From positions 15,221-79,220 of IMG/VR virus record IMGVR_UViG_2724679654_000001: 64,000 nt of DNA, one strand, 5' to 3'. Of this stretch, positions 17,504-27,907 are shown in pieces. The notes beneath the pieces are model-generated. The model did not search any database, was not told the origin of the DNA, and worked only from the letters and a program-made list of their open reading frames with translations. The stretch's first letter is position 1; every line of letters starts with the position of its first letter. Both the position numbers and the translations under genes were made by a program. Origin of the DNA: a virus (lineage: Duplodnaviria > Caudoviricetes).

Positions 17504-18415
17504 TTACATTTTAATAAAAGTGTCGAGTTGCGAAAATGTCATCTGGATTTCCTGTATCGCATCATCGCGCCGGGATAGGCTTATTTCCAGATTTGACGGC
17601 CTGAACCAGCCAATGCTCTCGTAAGCTTCTGCTGGCGCGCTTGCCCGGGTGATAAAGGAGTGAACAATTTTAAACTGTATCGCATACTGGCTAGGGGTGC
17701 CCATGGTGCCATCCTGAGATATAGTTGCCGCATGATGTTGCTCATACCAGCGTTTTATCGTGCCAAATTGATCATCCATTGTGGTTACACGCAGTTCGAC
17801 CGGCTCGCTGCTTTGAGGAAAATCAAGAACAGCCCCGCCTACCTTGCGTTTGTCTGCTGATATGGTCAGTGGTGTGTAATCAAGCTCCGTGGCGAACAGA
17901 TTGAACCATTGCGATATCCAATCACCCATAAGCGCGCTTGATACCTCAATCAGAAACAGATTCTTTTTCGATAGCCGGGCATTTCGCATCGTTTGGTATA
18001 TTTGCCGGGCTTCGGTAGGCGTGATGCCGCCAAATAATGGCGTTGGTCTACCCCAATACATGGCTTGTGATGCAATTCCGCTCATTCCTGGCAGGAAATC
18101 ATTCAATAATCCGGAATCAAGCACGCGCAGTCCGGCGCCACTGATATCTCCGCGCATCAGATCACCTACGACACCGCCACCTACATTCAATGCTCTATGG
18201 GCTTCTATCGGTATGTGCTGGTTAATCGCATTCCGGACGACATTGGTTGCCATGGCTCCACCAATGTTTGATACGGCTTGAGCTAATTCACCGCCGCCCA
18301 TCATATTAGCGGTCTGTTTGCTGATCCCGCCCGTGATAGACGTGGTACCTGAAATAGTGGCTCCAATCGTTCCTTGTCTGGATAGTGCTTGCGATACGTT
18401 GTTGTATAAGGACAT
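17504..18415 (-). CDS. Putative tail/baseplate morphogenesis protein
   Basis: Co-transcribed between the portal and Sit-like genes; tube-like C-terminal half. Confidence 0.5.
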   Translation of the reverse strand: MSLYNNVSQALSRQGTIGATISGTTSITGGISKQTANMMGGGELAQAVSNIGGAMATNVVRNAINQHIPIEAHRALNVGGGVVGDLMRGDISGAGLRVLDSGLLNDFLPGMSGIASQAMYWGRPTPLFGGITPTEARQIYQTMRNARLSKKNLFLIEVSSALMGDWISQWFNLFATELDYTPLTISADKRKVGGAVLDFPQSSEPVELRVTTMDDQFGTIKRWYEQHHAATISQDGTMGTPSQYAIQFKIVHSFITRASAPAEAYESIGWFRPSNLEISLSRRDDAIQEIQMTFSQLDTFIKM

Positions 18416-18419
18416 ATTG

Positions 18420-20060
18420 TTACCTGCCTTTTCTGCGGCGTTGTTTGCGGTTCTGGATAATTGGAGTATCTGTTTCTATCACGCTATCCATTTTTTCTTG
18501 ACCGAATCCTTGCCCACCTGGTCCGTCACCCGGGTTTTCATCCTTCGTTTCTACAATTGGCGCATACAGTTTTGCCTGATCTTCATCGAGCATCATGGTC
18601 TTGGATAAGAACTCTTGCATCATTTCTTTAGTAGCGCCAATATCTTTCATTTGCTGCATGGCTTGAACCAGTATCATCCCGGAATTCATCGAATCAGCTT
18701 TCGTGCGTTGCTTCTCAGCTTCTAATGCTGAGATAGAACCGTAGAAATTAACAGTAAATGGCCGTTCATGAGGATGAAACACCGTTCCATACTTGTGCAT
18801 CGTATGGATATCAATAGCGTGATAAATAAATTCTGATAATGAGTTACGAATAATCCTTGAGTTTTCTGCTGCCTGAGCCGACATTCTGAAAAATCCACCT
18901 TCACCAAGACCGCCAGCCAGTTGGTCGGCAAAACCAAGCATAGCCAGATCAACGCCAATGGCACCGGAATACATGCGGGCGTGAAGCATAATATCTTCAA
19001 TGCTGATATTGTTTGTTCTACCAGACTGACCACCATTTGCGTTACCCACGGTCGTGAGTTGTTTTTCATTGAACGTAGGAATAATGTGCCTGATCCGTTC
19101 CAATACCGGCTGACCGTTCTTGACAGCATCTTCAGCACGCAGTTTCGATGCGGTCAGCATGGCTTTAATAGATGCCAGGAATCGGTTTTGTTGCTCAATC
19201 GACATTGACGTTAGGTTAACAGTCAGCATTTGTTCGTCTATCGAATCCAGCCACCGTTGGCCAACAATACCGACAAGTGATGAATACAGATTGTCGTATG
19301 GGCCTTCAGCGTTATAGAACAGCGAGCCACCGGCCATGCTTGGCATGATTGGTAGATTCTCAATGTTATCTTCGGTAATTGCTATCCTTAACGCCTTCTC
19401 TACAACCCCAAACTGTGGCACCCATTGCGTGCGCGGCATTTTGAAGCGTGCCATCTGTGAGATATCCAGTCGCTCGAAATTGCGCGCCCCGGTATAGACC
19501 GCATAGCCAATTGTTCTATTACCCTTCTCGAACGGCTGCACCAATTGCGGCCTGATCATTTCTCCGGTGTAAAGATCCACAACTCCGCGCGATCTTTCTG
19601 CATAAATTCGCGCGAAAGAGTCGCCAAAAGCTGCCCCGGTGTACGCCACTGTGCGCGCCTCACGGTTAATCAGTGGCGATAATGAAGCCGATATCTCATC
19701 AGCAATAGCAGCCAATCTTTTGTTCTTTTTGGCCTCCGCCGTCTTTTCGATAAAGACCAGATCACCGCTTGTTTCGTGCCCACCAAGCGCGCAAGTAACC
19801 AGCAATCCTATTGCGGTCGATCCAATCGGATCTGATTCCATACTCGACCATTTGTTATAAATCTGCTGGCGTGACCTGGCGGCGCGTCTGTCAGTCCCCA
19901 GCAATGACGAGACAGTGGTCTGTCCTGATCCGTAAAGATACGCATCGGATTCTTTTATTTCCTTGGCCGCCGGGAGATTGGATTTAGCCCATTTACTGGA
20001 TGTCATTCCAATACTGGCAAGAAAGCTGTTCTTTTTGATGTGATTTTCTGACTGCGGCAT
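18420..20060 (-). CDS. Portal protein (P1 Prt-like)
   Basis: 546 aa; RQQIYNKWSSMESDPI, GGLGEGGFFRMS; divergent from the protease. Confidence 0.75.
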   Translation of the reverse strand: MPQSENHIKKNSFLASIGMTSSKWAKSNLPAAKEIKESDAYLYGSGQTTVSSLLGTDRRAARSRQQIYNKWSSMESDPIGSTAIGLLVTCALGGHETSGDLVFIEKTAEAKKNKRLAAIADEISASLSPLINREARTVAYTGAAFGDSFARIYAERSRGVVDLYTGEMIRPQLVQPFEKGNRTIGYAVYTGARNFERLDISQMARFKMPRTQWVPQFGVVEKALRIAITEDNIENLPIMPSMAGGSLFYNAEGPYDNLYSSLVGIVGQRWLDSIDEQMLTVNLTSMSIEQQNRFLASIKAMLTASKLRAEDAVKNGQPVLERIRHIIPTFNEKQLTTVGNANGGQSGRTNNISIEDIMLHARMYSGAIGVDLAMLGFADQLAGGLGEGGFFRMSAQAAENSRIIRNSLSEFIYHAIDIHTMHKYGTVFHPHERPFTVNFYGSISALEAEKQRTKADSMNSGMILVQAMQQMKDIGATKEMMQEFLSKTMMLDEDQAKLYAPIVETKDENPGDGPGGQGFGQEKMDSVIETDTPIIQNRKQRRRKGR

Positions 20061-20092
20061 GTTTCGCGCACCATGAACATGATAATTCCATG

Positions 20093-20133
20093 ATGTTATG
20101 GTTTTGCAACCCCAGAAATGCCTTGATTTTCCG
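20093..20133 (-). promoter_or_regulatory. Late promoter motif (portal operon)
   Basis: CGGAAAA-N28-TAACAT on the minus strand. Confidence 0.65.
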
Positions 20134-20150
20134 CAACAGACGCGCGTTAC

Positions 20151-20191
20151 CGGAAAACTGCGGGTGAGAGCGTTTTTTCAAAAGGCATTAT
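20151..20191 (+). promoter_or_regulatory. Late promoter motif (protease operon)
   Basis: CGGAAAA-N28-CATTAT. Confidence 0.65.
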
Positions 20192-20221
20192 TGACTCAAT
20201 TAGATAAAACAAGGAGTCAAT

Positions 20222-21070
20222 ATGCCTATATCTACGCCAATGATTCAATATTCCCTCAAAGAAAGAGGGCGGAAACATACCGGGCAGGTGCGAAATTTTA
20301 ATACCAGATTGATATGTGATGCTATTAATAGTCCGGCTTGTCAGGAAATGGTTTCTTCCAGAGGGATGGTTGGATATTACGGTCATTTCCCCCGCGTGCG
20401 CTTTGGCATGATGCCATCCGAAGGCGGCATGGATGGCGGCAAATATGTGCCGGTCGACCCCGCGTTCGTTACCACACACTTGAGCGCAACACCTGATGGG
20501 ATCATCAGGCATCAGGCCGAATTTCTGGATACCGCAGCCGGTTTGGTTGCGGCCAAGGCATGGAATGGCAGGGTCGGTGGATTTTCTTCAGCGATCGACG
20601 AAGCCAAGCCTCAGTTCTTTGGTTTTGATTACGTGTTACAGCCTAACTATCTTGATAATTCCTTCCGTGGCGTTGTTTTGGATGATGTCATGGGCGGCAA
20701 TTATGGTGATCTGACTTACGACGATATCTACGCGGCTGAACAAGACGAACAAAAACAAGCAATGATTGTATTGCTGGATAGCTTGGATCGTGAGCGCGGT
20801 GCAGCCAGCGAAGCAATTGAGCGACTGCAGCAAGAAAACGAGCAACTTCTATCAATGCTGACAAAGAAGGGTATCGATCCATCAATGGTACTTGATGCGG
20901 CTTTTGTTGCTCCCATAACGGTATCCGGTGGAACCCTTGACTCAATCCAGCGAGATATTGATAGCTTCAGGAAAGCGGAATCGCTACCGGGATTCGTTTC
21001 CCCTGTGAAAGAGAAAAAGGAAGAGGTTAATTCCGTTGCCAATCGATTAATTAGCAGATTTACACGGTAG
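20222..21070 (+). CDS. Prohead processing protease (P1 Pro-like)
   Basis: GYYGH, VGGFSSA, FFGFDYVLQPNY (H/S/D triad pattern), coiled-coil tail. Confidence 0.75.
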   Translation: MPISTPMIQYSLKERGRKHTGQVRNFNTRLICDAINSPACQEMVSSRGMVGYYGHFPRVRFGMMPSEGGMDGGKYVPVDPAFVTTHLSATPDGIIRHQAEFLDTAAGLVAAKAWNGRVGGFSSAIDEAKPQFFGFDYVLQPNYLDNSFRGVVLDDVMGGNYGDLTYDDIYAAEQDEQKQAMIVLLDSLDRERGAASEAIERLQQENEQLLSMLTKKGIDPSMVLDAAFVAPITVSGGTLDSIQRDIDSFRKAESLPGFVSPVKEKKEEVNSVANRLISRFTR

Positions 21071-21078
21071 GGCTGGGC

Positions 21079-21804
21079 GTGTTAGAGCCAGTCAAAGTAG
21101 CTTTTGGTGAGTATATGGGAGCATTTTATGCGGAGATAGCGCCCACCACTAGCGGATTGCATGAATATGTTGCGCGCGGCCTTGCGAAAAGCATTGTGTG
21201 GGCACCTTCAAGAATGGTTGATGCTGTAGAGGAAATGCTTTCATCATGGCAGCGCAATGATACGGATGGCGCGCCCACACAGCCCGCAAAGATGCCGGTT
21301 ATCTTTGTGGCAATCGCAAAAGATTACACGCCATCAGGTCGTGATTATACGCGGCAAATTTCTGAGCAAGTGGAAGTTATATTACCCAGCGACACCAAAG
21401 AGCGTGATTTTAAAGTGCGTGTAATTGCGGGCGATATTCGTGCGCAAATTGCATTCTGTGCCCATGACGAGCCAACCGCCCGGTCATTAGCGTCACAGTT
21501 TCTGTTATATCTGGATAACATGGAGAACAGACGGTTTTTCGCCACCTACACGTTTGCCGATCAGAATCTCACTTGGCCGGTGCAAATTGAATCACCAGAC
21601 AACCCCGCCATGTCCATTCAAACGGACTCGAAGAATTTAACAATACTGGCATGTGATGTCACATTAAAAGCATCAATACCATTATTCAGCGCACCTGCTG
21701 ATAGTGATCCTAATGATGGCAAAGGTACCGTTGGTGATCCTGATGATCCGTCCGGATATCAGGTTGTTGTGCAGGTTAACTATACCGAAGAGGATGTTAT
21801 TTGA
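21079..21804 (+). CDS. Putative tail completion / morphogenesis protein
   Basis: Position in the late operon. Confidence 0.5.
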   Translation: MLEPVKVAFGEYMGAFYAEIAPTTSGLHEYVARGLAKSIVWAPSRMVDAVEEMLSSWQRNDTDGAPTQPAKMPVIFVAIAKDYTPSGRDYTRQISEQVEVILPSDTKERDFKVRVIAGDIRAQIAFCAHDEPTARSLASQFLLYLDNMENRRFFATYTFADQNLTWPVQIESPDNPAMSIQTDSKNLTILACDVTLKASIPLFSAPADSDPNDGKGTVGDPDDPSGYQVVVQVNYTEEDVI

Positions 21805-22058
21805 TGGGAATTTACATAGACGCTGATGTTGATTTGATTAACAGCATAGCTATAGCTTGGCTGCTAATCGGGTTGATCTGGACGCTAATCGTGCTGCGGG
21901 TATGTGCCAAGGATCAGGATGACTATGAGTTTATAAGCCAGAAACTTGGGATCGTTATTCTCACCTCAGTTATCGCATGGCCTTATAACCTGTTCTGCTG
22001 GATATTCTCATGGTCTATTTGGTTAACGCCGCTTAGTGAGCTATTTAGACGTAAATGA
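21801..22058 (+). CDS. Small two-TM membrane protein
   Basis: Two hydrophobic helices; overlaps both neighbours. Confidence 0.5.
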   Translation: MMGIYIDADVDLINSIAIAWLLIGLIWTLIVLRVCAKDQDDYEFISQKLGIVILTSVIAWPYNLFCWIFSWSIWLTPLSELFRRK

Positions 22059-22543
22059 TAAAAATACAAGCAACATTTATTGGTTATGGCGGGCGCGCCT
22101 GTACCCTGTTTTCTGCTATCGATCCGGATTCTAATGTTCTGGTTGTCAGTGTTGAATCTGACTATAGGGCAGATCGCATGGATGGCTGTATCGTCATGAC
22201 CAATAATCCTGAAATACCTTACGACAGCCTATTTACTGATGACGACATCAGGGCGTCAATATCGGCCTTCTTTGCGCTCAAAACCGGTTTTGCCAATGAC
22301 AATAAAAGCCAAAGATTGGTTTTTTCTGAGCGGGCGACAAGATCAAATCCAGAGCAATCGATTGAGAAGGATGGGATGGATTCTTCCGGACAGCGCTTTC
22401 GTATATCCGAAGGCGTTACCTGTGGACAGATGGCGGCTCTAGCCACATGCCTGTATGCATCTCGTTCCAGCGCTATCAATAGCGCCCTGAATATGTTCGA
22501 TGATCTTAATGCACTTTCGCGCGGTGAAATTATCACTATTTGA
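22055..22543 (+). CDS. Hypothetical phage morphogenesis protein
   Basis: Operon position. Confidence 0.55.
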   Translation: MIKIQATFIGYGGRACTLFSAIDPDSNVLVVSVESDYRADRMDGCIVMTNNPEIPYDSLFTDDDIRASISAFFALKTGFANDNKSQRLVFSERATRSNPEQSIEKDGMDSSGQRFRISEGVTCGQMAALATCLYASRSSAINSALNMFDDLNALSRGEIITI

Positions 22544-22554
22544 GAGCCAATCTG

Positions 22555-22890
22555 ATGATTGATAAAAACTCCACTGCGGCCAAGAATTTCTACAAAGAGA
22601 TTCGACTATTCTCTGAAAGAACCAAACCTTGGGAAGCGCAGGTATCTTATGAAACCAAGCCAGACGAAGCGCATGACCTGACGCTAGTTTCGCAACGTGT
22701 TTATGGTCGCCGCGATGAATTTCTGGTGATTATGGCCGCTGCCGGTCTGGATATGGTCGATCAGGAATTGCCACAAAAGCGCTTGACGCTCCCAACTGAA
22801 GCGCAGCTATACGCCATCAAGCGGCGTACCGGTTTTGAATCAAAGGCAGATAACCGGTTCAATTTTTCGCCAACATGGGCGAAATCCTAG
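22555..22890 (+). CDS. Tail protein X / LysM-like baseplate protein
   Basis: YETKPDEAHDLTLVSQRVYGRRDEFLVIMAAAGL. Confidence 0.6.
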   Translation: MIDKNSTAAKNFYKEIRLFSERTKPWEAQVSYETKPDEAHDLTLVSQRVYGRRDEFLVIMAAAGLDMVDQELPQKRLTLPTEAQLYAIKRRTGFESKADNRFNFSPTWAKS

Positions 22891-22893
22891 ATT

Positions 22894-23979
22894 ATGGCCA
22901 ATGTATTTTTAGGCAAGATCAAAGGGCATATAAGCGAAGCCAAAAGCAGAGCCAAAGCAGATAAACTTGAGCGAGAAGCTGCAGAGAATCATCCCAGATC
23001 AATAATACTCACGAAGCGTGAGGTTCAAGGGGAATGGGACGCAAGCCGGGTGCTTATGACAACCATGGGCGGGGCTCCGCGCCCAATTACAACCAATGAT
23101 TTAGCGCAATTCCGTCACAACATGCGGATGGCGCAAAAAAACTTCAATGGCGATGGTATTACAGCCCGTCAAGTAATCGATCTGGCATCTTCAAAGCCCA
23201 TGCCTGGGGTTGGGGCTGATACGGATATCGACCGTGCAAGAAAGCAGATCACCATGGCCGTCCCTGTTTCCGCAGTCAATAATGAAATTAGGTTCATCAC
23301 CAACGCCGGTCCTGATTCCGATGTGAACCGGCATCACGTTCTGGTGCGCTTCAATGCGTTTGCTGAAGCCGCCAATAAGCTGATGGCATCCACCGCCAAA
23401 GAGCGTAAAGATCCCAAACAAACCGCCAATTGGCTCAGAAAACAAAAGCTGGCATTCGATTGTGATTGCGGTCGGCACCGGTACTGGTTCCGTTATATCA
23501 GCACTATCGGCAACTTTAACGCCGGTCGAAAAGAGCTTGGCTTCCCAAAAATACGAAATCCTAATCTGAAGGGCGTGGCGTGTAAGCATGTTTTGCGCGT
23601 CATGTCGGAGGTCGAATCATCTACTTCGGTGTTGAATTTTCTGGCAAAACACATGGAAAAGCTGCGTGACTCGCAAGACAACACAGCCAGGCATCGAATA
23701 AAGCAGAAAGAGCATGACGATGAAATTAAAAAGAAGGCGTCGTCCCGAGCAAAACCAATTAAAACAAGTGATCAGCGTGCAAAAGAGCGGCAAAGAATCA
23801 AGGAGCGAGAATCGCTCCATAAAAAAGCAAAGAAGACGACAAGGATGACCAAGAAACCAGCCGCAACACGCAGAATTGAAGCGGCTATGGCATCAGGTAA
23901 ATTATCCACTTCAGACCTGGAAGTCCTGCGCAGGCTAGGATTCACCGATAAACAGGTTGCTGCAAAATTTAAAGAATAG
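22894..23979 (+). CDS. SWIM zinc-finger protein with a basic C-terminus
   Basis: FDCDCGRHRYWFRY...RNPNLKGVACKH. Confidence 0.7.
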   Translation: MANVFLGKIKGHISEAKSRAKADKLEREAAENHPRSIILTKREVQGEWDASRVLMTTMGGAPRPITTNDLAQFRHNMRMAQKNFNGDGITARQVIDLASSKPMPGVGADTDIDRARKQITMAVPVSAVNNEIRFITNAGPDSDVNRHHVLVRFNAFAEAANKLMASTAKERKDPKQTANWLRKQKLAFDCDCGRHRYWFRYISTIGNFNAGRKELGFPKIRNPNLKGVACKHVLRVMSEVESSTSVLNFLAKHMEKLRDSQDNTARHRIKQKEHDDEIKKKASSRAKPIKTSDQRAKERQRIKERESLHKKAKKTTRMTKKPAATRRIEAAMASGKLSTSDLEVLRRLGFTDKQVAAKFKE

Positions 23980-23986
23980 GATCGAT

Positions 23987-24469
23987 ATGTTAACGAATGT
24001 ACCGACAGGAATTAATCGCATGGCGCGCAATATCGTCATCAATCACCCCAATTCTTTTGAATGTCAGATGTACCGCAAATCTGTAGATCGAGCGAATGAA
24101 TCAGTTGTTTCCGGCATGCCAACTATTGGCGGACTGGGTGTTATCAGCGCGGAAGACGAGGAAAGTATTTCTTACGAACTGCTTGGAAACGGATACGCGC
24201 TGCAGGCAGAACCATTTTCACCGTCGTCAATGATGGAAAGGCAAGACGCTAATAATGGATTTGCCAATGAATTCCGCTTCTTGATCGAACCAGAACAGCC
24301 TACCGGTGCAGTTGGCAGCTTCATGATAAAGAAAGGCGATGTGATGCTTATCGTGATATCCGATGATGTCCGGCTGGCATACGAAGTAGTTGACACAGAG
24401 ACTGTCATGAACATTAGTCCGTTCGCAATGCGCTATGTAACAAATCGTCGGGGTGATTTGGATATTTGA
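23987..24469 (+). CDS. Putative head-closure/neck protein
   Basis: Size, beta-rich pattern and position. Confidence 0.45.
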   Translation: MLTNVPTGINRMARNIVINHPNSFECQMYRKSVDRANESVVSGMPTIGGLGVISAEDEESISYELLGNGYALQAEPFSPSSMMERQDANNGFANEFRFLIEPEQPTGAVGSFMIKKGDVMLIVISDDVRLAYEVVDTETVMNISPFAMRYVTNRRGDLDI

Positions 24470-24688
24470 TTGGTATGCGGCGAGTCAGTGATAACGAATA
24501 AAGAGAAAATGACTTTGTTACTTCGGAATTTATGCCTGATTCGATGAGGCGTTTTTTACTTCAAAACATACCGATAATATTTGCGCCTCGTTGATTTGTT
24601 GCGCGTGTATCGGATTTGCCAGTAAAGATGACTAAGTAATGTAAAATCTGGCATTGATGAAATTCAAATAGCAAAATTAGAATTTGAT

Positions 24689-25444
24689 ATGAAAATAGAA
24701 TACATTGTCGGTAAATTGCCAGAATATCAATACGTTGGATTGCATAAAGATGAATTACCATTCTTTATGGGGTTAAATAAAAGACTAATGACATCCACGT
24801 ACGGCGAAGGATCACCTCAAATATTTCATTATATTGTGACTCTATTTGATGAGCATGAGTTTAAGTTATCAAAAAACCCTAAAGCCGCAATGTGGTTAAA
24901 AGCATTAAAAGATAAAATTACTCAATTAATAGTTATTTATAATTCCTTCTTAGAAAAAATAAATGTGTTCAATAGGGAAATTAATCAACATGCTAGTTCA
25001 GAAAATAATGAATTAACAATCCAGTTGAAAGACAATTATTTTATTTTTATTTCTGAAGCTGAAGCAATAATCTTAAAAGTAAGTTCGATACTTGATATCG
25101 CAGTTCAGTTGTTTAGCAATATCACAGGTAAAGAAATTGATAATTTTGGTAAATGGGTAAAAGTAAATGATGAAAAGTTTGTATATGATATCGATAAATA
25201 TCTGCAAACTCTAACACGCACTTCCGTTACACTGATGCTGAACCATAAAATCAACAATAAAATTAAGCATCATGAAAGCTTAAATTTGTGTATTTTTTAT
25301 AATTCAAATAGATGGTCTATTTGCTTAACAGGAAAAGCATGTGAAAGCAAAATACTTCTTCTAGACAAATACTTAAAGTCTAATGTAAGCGAGCTAATAG
25401 AGTTTTTAATTGAATTAAACGGAAGTATCAGAACAAGGATTTAA
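24689..25444 (+). CDS. AT-rich moron protein, possibly HEPN-like
   Basis: Low-GC insertion before the capsid gene; helical protein with SILDIAVQL and INNKIKH. Confidence 0.6.
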   Translation: MKIEYIVGKLPEYQYVGLHKDELPFFMGLNKRLMTSTYGEGSPQIFHYIVTLFDEHEFKLSKNPKAAMWLKALKDKITQLIVIYNSFLEKINVFNREINQHASSENNELTIQLKDNYFIFISEAEAIILKVSSILDIAVQLFSNITGKEIDNFGKWVKVNDEKFVYDIDKYLQTLTRTSVTLMLNHKINNKIKHHESLNLCIFYNSNRWSICLTGKACESKILLLDKYLKSNVSELIEFLIELNGSIRTRI

Positions 25445-25519
25445 GGAATATTACGTAGTAACCTATTCTATGCGGTTAATTCTAACTTCATAAAGCAAAG
25501 TCAATCGTCTAAATAAAAC

Positions 25520-25560
25520 CGGAAAAACCCCCGTTTCAGCAAAATTCCAGATTCCAGAAT
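25520..25560 (+). promoter_or_regulatory. Late promoter motif (capsid operon)
   Basis: CGGAAAA-N28-CAGAAT. Confidence 0.65.
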
Positions 25561-25645
25561 AGGCACTTGCCAATGTTTTAAAAACATTGGAGGTGCCCGG
25601 TCATCCGTCCGGGTGAGAAATATTAACCATAGGACAGAAGAAATT

Positions 25646-27343
25646 ATGACCAAGCGAACGGTTCACCAAGAATATCTCAAAAAACAAACCGCTGAAGTAG
25701 CAGTATTTGCGGAAGCGTTGCGAGATCATGGCACAAACAAAGAAGGCACCTTCGATTCTGCTGCTGCTAATGATTTTATGGCAACGGCGATCAATCAGAA
25801 TAATGCTGGTGTAAAAGTGCCGGAAAACCTGCAGATAGTCCTCGATGAAATGCCGTCTGGAGAAAAAGGCGATGCTGCGCGAAACGCGGTTACGCGGGCG
25901 ATTCTTGACGGTATTGATATCTACGAATCGCAGCACGGTTGCAATGCCCCGGCAGATGTTATTGAGCATGGCCTGCATCTGGCATTCTCAACTACTGATT
26001 ACGCGAAAAGAAAGTACAAGCTTCTCGACTCTGCAACATCAGATCATCAAGACAATCTTGGATTGCAGCCAAATCGCGCCGTGCTTGCCATATTGTCTAC
26101 TATGGGTGACGCAATTCCTTTTGCACATTATCTGCCAGCCGATATTGGTTCTAACAAGGGTGTTCTGGCTGTTATGGCGCATCAGGCAGGCAATACCTAC
26201 GGTCAGTACGCTGCGGGCGGATCAATGGATGGCGCTAATTCAGGAAATTCTTATATCTCGGCATCGCGCGTTCACGTATCTATGCCAGCGGTTAGTACCG
26301 GCGCCGTTACCGGTGCGTTAACGGCGGTTCAAGCAACTGACGAAACTTGTGACTCAGCAGCAGCAACAATTAAGCTGTTGCGTGGCAGAACGTTGGTTTA
26401 TGTTAACGGCATGGTTGCTGCAAAAGAAGTGGATCAAACAGGATCAGGCAGCTCCACGGTAAGCGGAACGATCAACCTGGGCGGCACTGATTACGTCATC
26501 GGTGGATCAATTAATACCGATACCGGCGTTTATTCACTGACCACAACCCCGGCATTGGGTACAACCGTTCCTGTTGCGGTTGAGGGTTTCATTGATTACG
26601 AACGCGCGCCAGAATTCACACCATCGATCATAGCTTCCGCTACTACATACGATCTGTATGCGTCCCCTTGGCGAGCGATCACCCAAGTCACCATAGATTC
26701 GGCCACACAAATGGCAAACGAACTGGGACTTGACTCGTATGGCGAGAGTATTCTCACTATCCAAAATCAGTTTGCAAATGAGCGGCATTTTCAGGTTCTG
26801 CTCAAGGCTCGTCGTTTGGCGAAAAATAACAGCATTGATTATGACTTTGACTGGCCAAATCAGAAAGGGCAGAAAAACCGCGCGCAGATTTGGCTGGATT
26901 TTGCCACCCCACTGGGCGCAGCCTCGCAGCAAATGGCTGTCGATACGATGGATCACGGTATTACGCATATGTATGTGGGCAAATACATTGCTTCTCAATG
27001 GATGTCACTACCGCGCGAGATATTCGAGCCTTCTGGAATCGCTGAAAGACCCGGCATATTCCGTATTGGTCGTTTGTTTGGACGTATTGATGTGTATTAC
27101 ACACCAAAAGGTTTGACTGATACCGCAGCGGCTGGGCAAATTCTTTGCATCGGCAAAGCCACCAATGTTGCTCTCAATCCGTTTGTCTTGGGTGATGCTA
27201 CAGCTCCAATCGTGCAGCCATTAGCTGTAAATGCGGATATGAAGCGTGGAGCGGCGTTCTATGCCCGTAATTTCAATGCAGTTAACCCATACAAGCAAGC
27301 CTCATTAGGATGCGCAATTATCAACGTTACAAACATGATCTAA
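25646..27343 (+). CDS. Major capsid protein precursor (P1 gp23-like)
   Basis: 565 aa; prodomain ending near LLDSA; PGIFRIGRLFG; first gene of a late operon. Confidence 0.8.
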   Translation: MTKRTVHQEYLKKQTAEVAVFAEALRDHGTNKEGTFDSAAANDFMATAINQNNAGVKVPENLQIVLDEMPSGEKGDAARNAVTRAILDGIDIYESQHGCNAPADVIEHGLHLAFSTTDYAKRKYKLLDSATSDHQDNLGLQPNRAVLAILSTMGDAIPFAHYLPADIGSNKGVLAVMAHQAGNTYGQYAAGGSMDGANSGNSYISASRVHVSMPAVSTGAVTGALTAVQATDETCDSAAATIKLLRGRTLVYVNGMVAAKEVDQTGSGSSTVSGTINLGGTDYVIGGSINTDTGVYSLTTTPALGTTVPVAVEGFIDYERAPEFTPSIIASATTYDLYASPWRAITQVTIDSATQMANELGLDSYGESILTIQNQFANERHFQVLLKARRLAKNNSIDYDFDWPNQKGQKNRAQIWLDFATPLGAASQQMAVDTMDHGITHMYVGKYIASQWMSLPREIFEPSGIAERPGIFRIGRLFGRIDVYYTPKGLTDTAAAGQILCIGKATNVALNPFVLGDATAPIVQPLAVNADMKRGAAFYARNFNAVNPYKQASLGCAIINVTNMI

Positions 27344-27400
27344 GCGTCAGATTAATAACTGAAGCAAATTAAAAGTAACGTTAATAAGGAGTTAGAAATT

Positions 27401-27901
27401 ATGGCAAGAAGAATAGAACTGGGATCACCTTCATTCGTGAAGGTGGCTCTGGCCAGCTTAATCGGGGCATTCGCTGATGCGAAATACCCGGTTAAGGTGG
27501 TTATCACAAACTACATGCCACGGGATATTTCCTTGCCTGACATTGGATTATTCCTGCGGCATGTATGCAACCCAAACGGCGAGAACAGGCGCGAAGTTGA
27601 GATCAAAAACTTTGATCAAATTCAGCGCCTGGCCTCGAATATCGGGCAGATATCACTGCTGAATGATTACCAGTATGCGGCTATGACCGTTGAGGAAGTA
27701 GTTGATGAGCCTGAGCAAGATGATTCTGAAGTTGAAGCCAAAGCCAAAGCGGAAGCGGAGGCTGCAAGGGTTCAAGCTGAACTTGAGGCCGCCGCTGAAA
27801 ATGCCAAGGCTGATGCTGAGAAGGAAGCGGCTGAAGCTGAAGCTAAGGCCAAAGCAGAGGCAAAAAAAGCGTCTCATTCTCACAAAACTAAGGGAGTGTA
27901 A
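27401..27901 (+). CDS. Hypothetical virion protein with an Ala/Glu/Lys-rich tail
   Basis: AAGGAG RBS; EAKAKAEAEAA repeats. Confidence 0.65.
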   Translation: MARRIELGSPSFVKVALASLIGAFADAKYPVKVVITNYMPRDISLPDIGLFLRHVCNPNGENRREVEIKNFDQIQRLASNIGQISLLNDYQYAAMTVEEVVDEPEQDDSEVEAKAKAEAEAARVQAELEAAAENAKADAEKEAAEAEAKAKAEAKKASHSHKTKGV

Positions 27902-27907
27902 TAAACC

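Noticed and set aside
27730-27870. GCTGAA/GCCAAA short repeats
   Set aside because: Explained by the Ala/Glu/Lys-rich protein tail.
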